Origin: an uncultured Syntrophus sp.
GTDB taxonomy: Bacteria > Desulfobacterota > Syntrophia > Syntrophales > UBA5619
Reading direction: 5' to 3'
DNA length: 64,000 nucleotides
Assembly: GCA_964552725.1 (NCBI GenBank)
Contig: CAZKHU010000001.1
Coordinates: 2,941-66,940 of the forward strand
Below the pieces are notes generated by a model that did not search any database, had not been told where the DNA came from, and worked only from the letters and a program-made list of their open reading frames with translations. Every line of letters starts with the position of its first letter. Positions within the stretch are counted from its first letter, which is position 1. The position numbers were made by a program, and so were the translations under genes. Positions 11,338 through 20,998 of this stretch are shown here, piece after piece.

Positions 11338-12753
11338 ATGGCCGAGGCAGTTATGCTGAAAAATCTGGAGCGTCTTTTCAATCCTCGTGCAGTTGCCGTG
11401 CTGGGGGCTTCCGCGAACCCCGACAAGCTCGGATTCCATGTGATGAAAAGTCTGACTTCCGGCGGGTTCAAAGGAACGATTGTCCCCGTAAATCCGGGCG
11501 CCGATTCGATCATGGGCATCCCTGCATTTTCATCCCTTGGGGATTTTCCCACCGCAATCGACCTTGCCGTGATCGTCCTGCCCGCAAAAATGGTTCCGGG
11601 GATATTTCAGGAATGCAGTCAAAAAGGCGTTAAAGGGGTTGTCTTGATAACCGCCGGCTTCAGGGAAATCGACGATCCCCAGGGCGCCGCTCTCCAGAAC
11701 GTCCTTGCCGAACTGGCCCAAAAGGCCGATCTCCCGGTTATCGGTCCCAACACCTTCGGCATGCTTAATCTCCAATTGGACTTGAACGCCTCCTTTACCC
11801 CGGAGTTCTCGTTGCTTCCCAAAGGCAATATCGCCTTCGTCAGCCAGAGCGGCGGCGTCTCGCATCTGGTCGGGTTTCTGGCCATGCGGCAGAATGTGGG
11901 TTTCAGCAAGATAGTCGGTCTCGGAAACCGCCTCAATATTGATTTCCCCGAAATGATCGCCTATCTGATGAACGATCCGGACACGCGGGTCATTGCCCTG
12001 TATATTGAAGGCATGGATGAGCCGCGAAGATTCCTGGCGGCGATGAAAAATACCCGTTTTGCCAAAAAACCCGTGGTTGCCTACAAGACCGGCAACTCCC
12101 GCACCGGCAATCAGGCCTCCGCTTCCCATACCGGGTCCCTGGCCGGGAAGCAGGAAATCTACGAAGGGGCGCTCAAACAGGCGGGCGTTCTCCAGGTTGA
12201 CAGCGCGGAGCGGCTTCTCGATACAGCGCGCGCCCTTTCCCTTTGCCCGCTCCCCGCGGAAAGAAAAGTCGCCATTCTTACAGGTCAGGCGGGTCCCGGA
12301 ATCGCGGCCGCGGATGTCTGCGAATTCGCAGGTCTGGAGATAGCCACCTTTCAGCCTGCGACTCAGATGTTGATCAACGACCTGCTTCCACCCCTTGCCA
12401 TGCGCACGAATCCCGTGGATATGGGGCCCGCCTGGTACAACACTCAAGCGATTGAGGGCATCATCGGGGCGGCGATAGAAGATGACAACGTGGACGGAAT
12501 TCTGCTGCTCATGGTATTTGCGTCAGCCAACAGGGACGCCGTAAAGGGTTTTTCCAGACTCCTGCTCGAATGGAAACAGCGGAAACCGGTTATCTCCTGT
12601 CTGCTCTCTCCGCCGGGAATCTGGGACGAGGAAATCCGGCAACTCGAGGCAGGAGGCGCACTCGTCAATTTTCCCACCCCGGAGCGGGCAGCAAGCGCCC
12701 TGGCGGCACTCTGGGAATATCGGAAAATGAGCAGTTTTGAAGATAGAACCTAA
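11338..12753 (+). CDS. CoA-binding protein resembling the alpha subunit of ADP-forming acyl-CoA synthetase (ACD/SCS-alpha-like)
   Basis: LFNPRAVAVLGASANPDKLG CoA-binding Rossmann start and a phosphohistidine-loop-like QASASHTGSLAGK. The start is ambiguous among TTG 11320, ATG 11338 and ATG 11353. Confidence 0.75.
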   Translation: MAEAVMLKNLERLFNPRAVAVLGASANPDKLGFHVMKSLTSGGFKGTIVPVNPGADSIMGIPAFSSLGDFPTAIDLAVIVLPAKMVPGIFQECSQKGVKGVVLITAGFREIDDPQGAALQNVLAELAQKADLPVIGPNTFGMLNLQLDLNASFTPEFSLLPKGNIAFVSQSGGVSHLVGFLAMRQNVGFSKIVGLGNRLNIDFPEMIAYLMNDPDTRVIALYIEGMDEPRRFLAAMKNTRFAKKPVVAYKTGNSRTGNQASASHTGSLAGKQEIYEGALKQAGVLQVDSAERLLDTARALSLCPLPAERKVAILTGQAGPGIAAADVCEFAGLEIATFQPATQMLINDLLPPLAMRTNPVDMGPAWYNTQAIEGIIGAAIEDDNVDGILLLMVFASANRDAVKGFSRLLLEWKQRKPVISCLLSPPGIWDEEIRQLEAGGALVNFPTPERAASALAALWEYRKMSSFEDRT

Positions 12754-13141
12754 AACCTGGCAGGCGATCGTTTTTGATTTTGACGGCACATTGGCGGGAC
12801 TTAACATAGATTTTGCCCTGATGCGCGCCGCCGTGCTGCGAGTTTTCCCCGATGTCGAACTGTATGCCGATGCCACGCTTACCCGCGATGATTCGCAAAA
12901 TGTCAAACCCCATCCGGGCCATTTGCAAAAAGCGCTTGGCATCCTGGGAGTCCCGGAAAAGGATGCGGCGATGGTCGGCGATCACCCTACGGACGTCATG
13001 ACCGCCCGCCGAGCGGGAAGCTGCGCGGTCGGGGTCTTGACGGGAAGCGCCGACGAGAAAAGTCTGCGTGCAGCCGGCGCCGACCTGATTCTCGCCAATG
13101 CGTTTGCAATCCTCGGGCATATTTGGATGGCGCCCTCCTGA
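12737..13141 (+). CDS. HAD-superfamily phosphatase lacking the cap/motif II region (possible degenerate gene)
   Basis: Motif I is FDFDGTLA and motifs III/IV are KPHP...MVGDHPTDVMTARRAG. Only about 38 aa separate them, where I recall roughly 120 in Gph-like HADs. The TTG start overlaps the upstream gene by 17 bp. Confidence 0.5.
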   Translation: MKIEPKTWQAIVFDFDGTLAGLNIDFALMRAAVLRVFPDVELYADATLTRDDSQNVKPHPGHLQKALGILGVPEKDAAMVGDHPTDVMTARRAGSCAVGVLTGSADEKSLRAAGADLILANAFAILGHIWMAPS

Positions 13142-13194
13142 TCATCAATTTCTTGGCGCCCGTTTCTTTCCTTATAAAACTGACATTTTGCCCT

Positions 13195-13830
13195 TTACAG
13201 AGGGGCTTTGAGAATCTCGGCAAGGCTGCGCGCCGCGCCGCCGATATCGCGTTGAGCCATAATCGCCGAAACGATGGCGGCGCCGTCCGCCCCGGCCTTT
13301 ATCACCCGGCTGGCGTTTTCCGCGTCAATACCGCCGATCGCGATAACCGGGATTTTAACGGCCGCTTTGATGTCCGCCAATTCTGCAAGCGTTACCCGGT
13401 CGGCATCCGTTTTCGTGCCGGTGGGAAAAACGGCGCCGACCCCCAGATAATCGGCCCCCTCGGCCTCCATTGACAACGCATCTGCAAGCGAGTTTGCGGA
13501 GGCCCCGATGATCTTTTCCCGGCCCAGCAGCATGCGGGCAACCGGAACGGACAGATCGTCGGCGCCGAGATGAACCCCGTCGGCATCGCAGGCAAAGGCA
13601 ATGTCGATCCGGTCGTTGATGATAAGCGGAACCTCGTATCTGTCCGTAACCTCTTTTACCCTCTTCGCAATTTCCAGATATTCCCGCGAAGATATCTCCT
13701 TTTCACGGAGCTGCACAACGGTCGCCCCGCCCTGAATCGCCTCTTCAACGGCGCTCTCGAGGCTTTTTTCGCCAAGCCAGCGCCGGTCCGTTACCAGATA
13801 AAGCGAATAATCAATGCCTTTCCTTTTCAT
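13195..13830 (-). CDS. thiE: thiamine-phosphate synthase
   Basis: YLVTDR, VQLREK, DGVHLG and VIAIGGI motifs. It lies 11 nt downstream of thiC. Confidence 0.9.
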   Translation of the reverse strand: MKRKGIDYSLYLVTDRRWLGEKSLESAVEEAIQGGATVVQLREKEISSREYLEIAKRVKEVTDRYEVPLIINDRIDIAFACDADGVHLGADDLSVPVARMLLGREKIIGASANSLADALSMEAEGADYLGVGAVFPTGTKTDADRVTLAELADIKAAVKIPVIAIGGIDAENASRVIKAGADGAAIVSAIMAQRDIGGAARSLAEILKAPL

Positions 13831-13841
13831 GCTTGTCCTCC

Positions 13842-15131
13842 TCAGGCAGCTCCCCCGTCGAGAAAACGGTTATGAGTCTTGATCGCGCAAAGATCCCCGC
13901 ACATCGTGCATACATCCCGGTTTTTGTCCTCCGTAAGACCCCGCACCCGCCTGGCCTTTGCGGGATCGATCGCCAGGCTGAACATCCCCTCCCAGTCAAA
14001 ACGCCTGCGGGCGGATGACATCTGTTCGTTTCTCTCCCACGCGCCGGGAATGCCCTTCTCGATGTCGCCTATATGGGCGGCAATCAGCGAAGCGATCACC
14101 CCGTCGTAAACATCCTGAAGCGTCGGCAGACCCAAGTGCTCCGCCGGCGTGACATAACAGAGAAAATCCGCCCCGTTGGCCGCAGCGATCGCCCCTCCGA
14201 TCGCCCCGACGATGTGATCATAGCCGGGGGCGATATCCGTCGGCAGCGGCCCGAGAACATAATACGGCGCCCCGCCGCAGAGGCGTTTCTGGAGCTTCAT
14301 GTCTCCCGCTATCCGGTGCAGGGGAACATGCCCTGGTCCCTCGACCATCGCCTGAACGCCGGCCTTTCTCGCCCGCTCGACCAGTTCCCCGAGAACGGTC
14401 AGTTCGGCAATCTGGGCCCGGTCTTCCGCATCGCCGATCGCCCCCGGACGCAGTCCATCCCCGAGAGAAAGGGTAACTTCGTGCTCTCTCGCGATTTCCA
14501 GCAGGCGATCGAAACGTTCATAAAGGGGATTTTCCCGTTTATTGAGCATCGTCCACTCCGCCATCAGACTTCCCCCCCGGGAGACAATCCCCATGACCCG
14601 ATTGCAGCCTCTCAGGACTTCCAGCGTTCTTCTCGTAATGCCGCAGTGGACGGTGATGAAATCGACCCCCATCCTGGCCTCGTCTTCAATATCCTTAAAA
14701 ATCATATCCTCCGTAAGCTCTCCGGTCTTGCGCCCCTCCTGAAACAGGCGGCTGACGGAACGGTAGATCGGCACCGTGCCGAGCATCACGGAAGAATCGG
14801 CAATCATCGCGGACAGAATCGCGTCGATATCGCCGCCCGTGGACAAATCCATCACCGCATCGGCCCCCGCGCCGATCGCCGTCCGCAATTTGCCAAGTTC
14901 TTCCCCGATATCGGCATGACTCGCCGAAGTGCCTATATTGGCGTTGATTTTTGTCGATAGTCCCGCGCCTATCCCCCGGGCGCGAAAATCGTGCGCCCGG
15001 TTTTTCGGGATAACAACAACCCCTTGCGCAAGCTTCTCCCGCATTTCCTCCGGCAGCACCCGGTCATGTTCGGCCGCCTGCTCGATCTCCCCGGTTATCT
15101 TTCCCTGCCGCGCTGACTCCAGTAGTGTCAT
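13842..15131 (-). CDS. thiC: phosphomethylpyrimidine synthase
   Basis: Strong ThiC-like sequence throughout, including the C-terminal CTMCGDLCAIK cluster motif. Start moved to MTLLESARQG (15131), downstream of the riboswitch terminator. Confidence 0.95.
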   Translation of the reverse strand: MTLLESARQGKITGEIEQAAEHDRVLPEEMREKLAQGVVVIPKNRAHDFRARGIGAGLSTKINANIGTSASHADIGEELGKLRTAIGAGADAVMDLSTGGDIDAILSAMIADSSVMLGTVPIYRSVSRLFQEGRKTGELTEDMIFKDIEDEARMGVDFITVHCGITRRTLEVLRGCNRVMGIVSRGGSLMAEWTMLNKRENPLYERFDRLLEIAREHEVTLSLGDGLRPGAIGDAEDRAQIAELTVLGELVERARKAGVQAMVEGPGHVPLHRIAGDMKLQKRLCGGAPYYVLGPLPTDIAPGYDHIVGAIGGAIAAANGADFLCYVTPAEHLGLPTLQDVYDGVIASLIAAHIGDIEKGIPGAWERNEQMSSARRRFDWEGMFSLAIDPAKARRVRGLTEDKNRDVCTMCGDLCAIKTHNRFLDGGAA

Positions 15132-15204
15132 GCTTTTTTCCTTTCTTAAAAACCTGCAAAAGTTGCTTCCCAACGGACACCCCCGCCGGACACGTTGTCA
15201 ATGA

Positions 15205-15235
15205 CAAAAAGGCCGCCCCCAAAGGGAAGCGGCCT
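15205..15235 (-). terminator. intrinsic terminator forming the expression platform of the TPP riboswitch
   Basis: Minus-sense AGGCCGCUUCC-CUUU-GGGGGCGGCCU (11 bp including G-U pairs) followed by UUUUUG. It lies between the aptamer and the thiC start. Confidence 0.7.
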
Positions 15236-15254
15236 CTTGCATGTCATAAGTCCG

Positions 15255-15343
15255 GCTCATTTCCCTACGCAGGCATTACCCTGATCAGGTCAAGGGTCGC
15301 CGGAATCCCGGCATCTCAGTCCCCAAGGACACCCCTAACGAGC
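15255..15343 (-). promoter_or_regulatory. TPP (THI-box) riboswitch aptamer
   Basis: Minus-sense GCUCGUUAGGGGUGUCCUUGGGGACUGAGAUGCCGGGAUUCCGGCGACCCUUGACCUGAUCAGGGUAAUGCCUGCGUAGGGAAAUGAGC. It contains the conserved GGGGUG, CUGAGA, ACCUGAUC..GGUAAUGCC and GCGUAGGGAA elements, with a closing P1 helix GCUCGUU/AAUGAGC. Confidence 0.9.
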
Positions 15344-15431
15344 AAAAAAGCTTGATCAGCGCCGGGTTCTTCTCTGCGAAGCTTTTGAGCAATCGGTCAG
15401 CGCTGAAAAAATGTTGTCAAAAAACCTGTTA

Positions 15432-16151
15432 TCACCGACAGCTCGAACAGGCCATCAGTTCTTCCACCGGCACCCCGGTCCGCCCGCTTATGTACTGGAG
15501 CTGATCCTCGGGGGCAAAGTAACGGCCGCAGACCTTGCAGGCCGCCATCTTGAAGTCCCGTCCCCAGATCGTCCGGACATCTCCGGCAGGGGAGACATGC
15601 ATCTCGATTTGCCCCGTCGGACAGGCATAAGAACAGGCGCCGCAGCCGATGCAGACATTCGAAGGCTCGTGAAACGGGGTGCAGACATCCTTTTGCGGGC
15701 CGCGGGAGGAGAATCCGATGGCGCTCACCCCGACGATCTTCTCGCACGTCCGGACGCAAAGGCGGCAGAGGATGCATTTGTTTCCGTCTTCGGCCGCCTT
15801 GAACCGCGGCTCGGGTCTTATTCCCATATCTTCCGCCATCTTCGCAAGCTGCTCCGATTCCGGGGCGCGGGCCAGCAGAAGCTGGATCACCGTGCGCCGG
15901 ACATTCATCACCCGCTCGCTTCCGGTGTTGACAACCAGCCCCTCGGCAACCGGGTAGAGACAGGACGTTACAACCCTGGCCCGGCTCCCTTCCCCGACTT
16001 CCACGCTGCAAAGACGGCATGACCCCGACGGCTCCAGAGATTCATGGTGGCACAACGTCGGGATGCCTATGCCATTCTGCCGGGCAACCTCTAAAAGGGT
16101 CTGCCCTTCCTCCGCTTGAATCTTTTTATTGTCTATCGTCAGATTAACCAT
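15432..16151 (-). CDS. [2Fe-2S] + 2x[4Fe-4S] protein equivalent to the N-terminal FeS domain of HydA/NuoG/FdhA, with no catalytic domain
   Basis: 2Fe-2S motif CHHESLEPSGSCRLCSVEV, then CILCRLCVRTC and CIGCGACSYACP, plus a C-terminal CKVC...CSSC pair. The protein is only 239 aa. GAGGTAAAGG SD upstream; the gene starts 11 nt after the NuoF-like stop. Confidence 0.8.
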   Translation of the reverse strand: MVNLTIDNKKIQAEEGQTLLEVARQNGIGIPTLCHHESLEPSGSCRLCSVEVGEGSRARVVTSCLYPVAEGLVVNTGSERVMNVRRTVIQLLLARAPESEQLAKMAEDMGIRPEPRFKAAEDGNKCILCRLCVRTCEKIVGVSAIGFSSRGPQKDVCTPFHEPSNVCIGCGACSYACPTGQIEMHVSPAGDVRTIWGRDFKMAACKVCGRYFAPEDQLQYISGRTGVPVEELMACSSCR

Positions 16152-16162
16152 TTTTTCTACCT

Positions 16163-18016
16163 TTACCTCACGATGATCGCATCAAATTGGCAGCTTTCCT
16201 TGCAGGCGCCGCATCTCGTGCATTTATCAGAATCGATTTTGTGGGCCTTCTTCTTCTCGCCGGTCGCGGCCCCCACGGGACATACCTTTGCGCACAGGGT
16301 GCAGCCGGTGCACTTTTCCGAATCAACGCTGTAGGTGATAAGCGACTTGCAGACGCCCGCAGGACAACGTTTTTCCTTAATGTGCGCCTCGTACTCGTCA
16401 CGGAAATAACGGATCGTGCTCAAGACCGGGTTCGGGGCGCTGGTGCCGAGGGCGCAGAGGGCGCCATCCTTGATACTCGCCGCAAGCGATTCCAGCAGCT
16501 CGATATCGCCTTCCCTGCCCCTTCCTTCGGTGATATCAATAAGAATCTCCCTCATCCGCTGCACACCCTCCCGGCAGGGAACGCACTTGCCGCAGGATTC
16601 GTTCGCCAGAAAGTTCGTGAAATAGCGGGCCAGATCGACCATGCAGGTGCCTTCATCCATGACGATCATCCCGCCGGAACCCATCATCGAACCGACTTTG
16701 GTGAGTTCGTCATAGTCCACCGGCATATCCAGATACTCCTCGGGGATACAGCCGCCGGACGGGCCGCCTGTCTGAATAGCCTTGAATTTCCGGTTGTTGA
16801 GAATCCCGCCGCCGATATCAAAGACAATCTCGCGCAGCTTCGTGCCCATTGGAACCTCGACAAGACCGGTATTGTTGATCTTGCCGACCAGAGAAAATAT
16901 CTTCGTTCCCTTGCTGCGATCGGTGCCGATCCCGGCATACCAGTCGCCGCCTTTGTTGATGATGAACGGGACGTTCGCCCATGTCTCCACGTTGTTGAGG
17001 TTGGTGGGCTTGTCGTAAAGCCCCTTTTCCGTGGCATGGACATATTTGGCGCGCGGCTCGCCCGCCCTTCCCTCCAGGGAGGCGAACAATGCCGACGACT
17101 CGCCGCAGACAAAGGCGCCGCCGCCCCGGTTGACCTTGATATCGAAGGAAAATCCGCTGCCCAGGATGTTTTCGCCGAGGATGCCGGCCTCCCGCGCCTG
17201 CTTGATCGCGATATTGATGTTTTCAACGGCGAGCGGGTATTCGTTCCGGACGTAGATATACCCCTCGTTCGAACCGATCGCGTAGGCGCCGATGATCATC
17301 CCCTCCAGCACAAGGTGGGGGTTGCCTTCGAGCAGACTGCGATCCATATAGGCGCCGGGGTCTCCTTCATCGGCGTTGCAGATCACGTACTTGGGCGTTC
17401 CCGCTGCCTTGCTGGTCTCTTCCCATTTTCTGCCCGCCGGAAATCCGCCGCCGCCTCTGCCCCGCAGGTTGGCCGTTACAACCTCCCGGATAATCTCCGC
17501 GGGTTTCATTGCCAGCGCCTTGGCGAGGGCGCTGTACCCGTCAACGGCAAGATAATCTTCCATGTTTTTCGGATCAACCTTGCTGTTCATTCCAAAGACG
17601 GTTCTGGTCTGCCTCTTGTAGAACGGCACCTCATCCTCATGGACATATTTCTCGTCGGTCTGGGGGTTGGCATAGAGCAGACTGTCAATTATCTCGCCCT
17701 TCAGGAGCGTCTTCTCGACAATCTCCCCCACGTCCCTGACTGTCACGTGCTGGTAAAAAATATTCTCCGGGGCAAGAATCACCATCGGCCCCCGTTCACA
17801 GAACCCGTGACACCCGGTCTTGCGGAAGTCGATCTTGACGGAGAGTCCCCGCCGATCGATCTCCTCGCTGAAAGCGTCGGCCACGCTCATGGCCCCGTGG
17901 GCAAGGCAGCCGGTACCGACGCAGATGGTAATGCGCAACTTTTGAGGATCGCGGCCGGCCTTGATCTTCTCCTGCAACTGCTTCAATTCACTGAAGGATT
18001 TAATTTTGCTCGTCAT
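16163..18016 (-). CDS. NuoF/HydB-like NAD(P)H-binding FMN iron-sulfur flavoprotein
   Basis: N-terminal thioredoxin-like 2Fe-2S domain (ICVGTGC...TGCHGFCERGP), FMN/NADH motifs GRGGGGFPAGRKWE, N3 cluster ESCGKCVPCREG, and a C-terminal 2x[4Fe-4S] (CTGCTLCAKVCP, CTRCGACKESC). Start moved to MTSKIK (18016) to clear the NuoE-like gene. Confidence 0.9.
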   Translation of the reverse strand: MTSKIKSFSELKQLQEKIKAGRDPQKLRITICVGTGCLAHGAMSVADAFSEEIDRRGLSVKIDFRKTGCHGFCERGPMVILAPENIFYQHVTVRDVGEIVEKTLLKGEIIDSLLYANPQTDEKYVHEDEVPFYKRQTRTVFGMNSKVDPKNMEDYLAVDGYSALAKALAMKPAEIIREVVTANLRGRGGGGFPAGRKWEETSKAAGTPKYVICNADEGDPGAYMDRSLLEGNPHLVLEGMIIGAYAIGSNEGYIYVRNEYPLAVENINIAIKQAREAGILGENILGSGFSFDIKVNRGGGAFVCGESSALFASLEGRAGEPRAKYVHATEKGLYDKPTNLNNVETWANVPFIINKGGDWYAGIGTDRSKGTKIFSLVGKINNTGLVEVPMGTKLREIVFDIGGGILNNRKFKAIQTGGPSGGCIPEEYLDMPVDYDELTKVGSMMGSGGMIVMDEGTCMVDLARYFTNFLANESCGKCVPCREGVQRMREILIDITEGRGREGDIELLESLAASIKDGALCALGTSAPNPVLSTIRYFRDEYEAHIKEKRCPAGVCKSLITYSVDSEKCTGCTLCAKVCPVGAATGEKKKAHKIDSDKCTRCGACKESCQFDAIIVR

Positions 18017-18021
18017 TGTAT

Positions 18022-18480
18022 TTATACCTTCTTCCCTAATTTCTTGAGGAGCTTTGTCGTTTTGGCGATATTCATTTCCCCGTGATACTCGCCGTCCACC
18101 ACAACAATCGGCCCCAGGGCGCAGGCCCCGAGGCAACCGACCGTCTCGAAAGAATACTCGAGGTCAGCGGTCGTCTCGCCATCCCTGATCCCCAGCATGC
18201 TGGTGATGTTGGCGGCAATGAATTCGGCGCCGCGAACATGGCAGGCGGTGCCCATGCAGAGGCTGATATGATGACGTCCTTTCGGTTTCAGGCTGAAAGC
18301 CTTGTAAAACGTCGCGACCTCGTACACCCGGCTTACCGGCACACCGAGATTGGCGCTGATTGCCATCAGGGCTTCCTTGGAAAGATAACCGAGTTCCTTC
18401 TGGACGTCCTGCATGATGGGAACCAGATAACTCCTGTCTCCGCCGTAGCCTTGCACGATTTCCTTTACCTTTTCTTCCAT
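18022..18480 (-). CDS. NuoE/HydC-like [2Fe-2S] subunit
   Basis: Thioredoxin-like 2Fe-2S motif CMGTACHVRG...CLGACALGP. Confidence 0.9.
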   Translation of the reverse strand: MEEKVKEIVQGYGGDRSYLVPIMQDVQKELGYLSKEALMAISANLGVPVSRVYEVATFYKAFSLKPKGRHHISLCMGTACHVRGAEFIAANITSMLGIRDGETTADLEYSFETVGCLGACALGPIVVVDGEYHGEMNIAKTTKLLKKLGKKV

Positions 18481-18518
18481 TATCTCTCTACCTCGTTTTC
18501 AAATTTTACGGTCGGCTG

Positions 18519-19514
18519 CTATTTTTTCAACTGCTCCCTGATCTCGGCGCGGGATCTGGAACTCTCGATCTTGATCATGAGCGCCTCCCACTCGATATCG
18601 ACCCTCTCCTGAATGGTCTGTATCTGGTCAGGCGTTACATGACGAAACCGCCCCTGGCTTTTCAGATACTCCCCCACCGGGCGCCGTTTCACCGGAAGCG
18701 GCAGGGTAAAGCGATACTTGCCGTCCTCAACCTCGTAAATGGGGAAAACGCCGGTCTCGTAGGCAAGACGTCCAAGCTGGATGCTGGTTTCCGATGGCGA
18801 CCGCCATCCGGTAGGACAGGTGACCAGACAATGGATATAAGCAGGTCCCTTGACCTCGCGGGCCTTTTTCACCTTGTTCATGAAATCGATGGGATAGGCC
18901 GGAGACGCCGTTGCAACATAGGGAATGTTGTGGGCAACCATGATCTCCATGACGTTTTTCTTCCAGACCTGATTTCCGGGAATTTTCTTGCCGGCCGGGG
19001 CGGTAGTCGTCGAGGCCAGAAACGGCGTTCCGCTGGAACGCTGGATGCCGGTATTCATATAGGCTTCGTTGTCGAAGCAGACATAGAGCATGTCGTGACC
19101 CCGCTCCATCGCCCCGGACAGGGCCTGGAACCCGATGTCCATCGTTCCCCCGTCGCCGCCGATGGCAACGGATTTCACCCTTTTATCCGGAATCCGCCCC
19201 TTGCGGCGCAGGGATGTCAGGCCCGCTTCCACGCCGGAGCCAACCGCCGCCGCATTCGGAAATGCCACGTGTATCCAGGGCAGGTTCCAGGCAGTGGTCG
19301 GATAGAGGCTGGAGATGACCTCCATGCAGCCGGTGGCATTGGTAATAACCGTCTCCTTGCCGAGGGCCTTGCACATCAGGCGAATGGCCAGCGCTTCCGC
19401 GCAGCCCTGGCAGGCGCGATGACCGGGGCTGAAGAATTCCTGCCGGCTTACCAGCTTGGGGGCGTACAGATCAAAGTTTTCTATAATTTTAGGGCTGCTT
19501 GTCAATGTAGTCAT
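18519..19514 (-). CDS. 2-oxoacid:ferredoxin oxidoreductase, beta (TPP-binding) subunit
   Basis: [15 protein letters not shown] and [19 protein letters not shown] motifs. The start overlaps the alpha-subunit stop. Confidence 0.9.
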   Translation of the reverse strand: MTTLTSSPKIIENFDLYAPKLVSRQEFFSPGHRACQGCAEALAIRLMCKALGKETVITNATGCMEVISSLYPTTAWNLPWIHVAFPNAAAVGSGVEAGLTSLRRKGRIPDKRVKSVAIGGDGGTMDIGFQALSGAMERGHDMLYVCFDNEAYMNTGIQRSSGTPFLASTTTAPAGKKIPGNQVWKKNVMEIMVAHNIPYVATASPAYPIDFMNKVKKAREVKGPAYIHCLVTCPTGWRSPSETSIQLGRLAYETGVFPIYEVEDGKYRFTLPLPVKRRPVGEYLKSQGRFRHVTPDQIQTIQERVDIEWEALMIKIESSRSRAEIREQLKK

Positions 19515-20680
19515 TATCCCCTCACTCCGTAAAATTCATAAGGTTCTGAAAGTTTGCCTCCGGCAGCCTTCTTCACCATCGCCATAAAATCAGATACCTG
19601 AACATCCCTGCCTCCGAGTCCGATAATATAGTTCACAATCACGGGACGAACCGGCTCGTCATACAGGGCGGACCGAATCTCCGAACAAACCGGCCCGCCG
19701 GGTCCGCCGAAGGAAACAGCCCGGTCGGTCACCGCCAGCACGCGAATTCCCTTGACGGCATTTTTCAGGTCTGCAAAAGGGAAGGGGCGCCAAAGCTTAA
19801 TCTTGATCAAACCCGCCTTCACGCCTTCCTTGCGCAGTTCATCAACCGCAACCTCCGCGGTTTCACCCATGGAACCCATTGTGACCAGGGCAACATCGGC
19901 GTCTTCAGTGCGGTAAGTCTGGACAGGCTCGTACTTGCGTCCGAACTGGGTTTCCCATTCCTTCCATACCTCCTTGATAACCTTGATCGAATTGACCAAA
20001 GCGACGTCCTTGGCTTTCTGGGATTCCGAAAATATCTCCGGCATCGCGAGCGTTCCCATCGAAACCGGCTTGTCCGGATGCAGCGTGGCGTAAGGGACAA
20101 TGGGGGGAAGGAAACGATCCACCTCTTCCTGATCGGGCATGATGAGCGGCTCCACCATGTGGGTCAACTGAAAACCGTCCATCATGACGTTGACGGGAAG
20201 CATCACTTCGCGATTTTCGGCAACCTTGTAGGCCTGAATGACCATGTCGACCGCTTCCTGGCCGTTGTCCGAAAAAAAGGTAATCCAGCCGGTATCCCGC
20301 ATCGGCATGATATCGCTGTGATCGTTCCAGATGTTGATCGGAGAGGAAACGGCCCGGTTCGCCACGATCATGACGATCGGCAGCCTCATGCCCGAAGCGA
20401 TCGGCATGACCTCGCTCATATAGAGAAGCCCCTGGGAACTGGTAGCCGTGACAACCCGGGCGCCGGTTCCGGCAGCGCCAATAACGGCGCTCAGGGCGGA
20501 ATGCTCCGACTCCACGGTCATGAAAGAGGCATCCACCCGTCCATCGTTGACGATATCCGACAGATGCTCGGCCACATGGGACTGAGGCGTAATGGGATAC
20601 ACGGCTGCCATGTCAAACCGGCAAAGGGCGGCCGCCTCCGCCGCCGCAATTGCGACTTCAATTCCTACTCGTTTTCCCAT
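19514..20680 (-). CDS. 2-oxoacid:ferredoxin oxidoreductase, alpha subunit
   Basis: [10 protein letters not shown]...ESEHSA...TATSSQGL signature of PorA/VorA/KorA-type subunits. Confidence 0.9.
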   Translation of the reverse strand: MGKRVGIEVAIAAAEAAALCRFDMAAVYPITPQSHVAEHLSDIVNDGRVDASFMTVESEHSALSAVIGAAGTGARVVTATSSQGLLYMSEVMPIASGMRLPIVMIVANRAVSSPINIWNDHSDIMPMRDTGWITFFSDNGQEAVDMVIQAYKVAENREVMLPVNVMMDGFQLTHMVEPLIMPDQEEVDRFLPPIVPYATLHPDKPVSMGTLAMPEIFSESQKAKDVALVNSIKVIKEVWKEWETQFGRKYEPVQTYRTEDADVALVTMGSMGETAEVAVDELRKEGVKAGLIKIKLWRPFPFADLKNAVKGIRVLAVTDRAVSFGGPGGPVCSEIRSALYDEPVRPVIVNYIIGLGGRDVQVSDFMAMVKKAAGGKLSEPYEFYGVRG

Positions 20681-20683
20681 CGG

Positions 20684-20977
20684 CTATCCCTCCTCATTCG
20701 CCATTGCAATGGCGCCTGTCCAGCACTCTTTCGCACAGATTCCGCAACCTTTGCAGTAATCCAGATTAGCCTCGAAAAAACCGTCGGCATCCTCGGTTAT
20801 ACAGCCCTCGGGACAGTATATATAGCAAAGGCCGCACTTTATGCATTTCACCTTATCCCAGAGCGGACGTTTCGCCCGCCAGCTTCCGGTATGATATTCC
20901 GAAGCGCTTCCCGGGCGCATGACCATACAGCCGGGATTGACCTCCTGCCATGTTTCAGGCCACTTTTTGTCTGACAT
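20684..20977 (-). CDS. 2-oxoacid:ferredoxin oxidoreductase, delta (2x[4Fe-4S]) subunit
   Basis: CIKCGLCYIYCP and CKGCGICAKEC motifs in a 97-aa PorD-like protein. Confidence 0.85.
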   Translation of the reverse strand: MSDKKWPETWQEVNPGCMVMRPGSASEYHTGSWRAKRPLWDKVKCIKCGLCYIYCPEGCITEDADGFFEANLDYCKGCGICAKECWTGAIAMANEEG

Positions 20978-20998
20978 TGCGATACCTCAAGAGTTATT

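Noticed and set aside
16187-18085. 632-aa plus-strand ORF
   Set aside because: It is exactly antisense to the NuoF-like gene. Its translation is Arg/Gly/Ala/Pro/Asp-rich with no motifs, whereas the minus strand encodes textbook FMN, NADH and FeS motifs. This is a typical GC3-driven antisense ORF.
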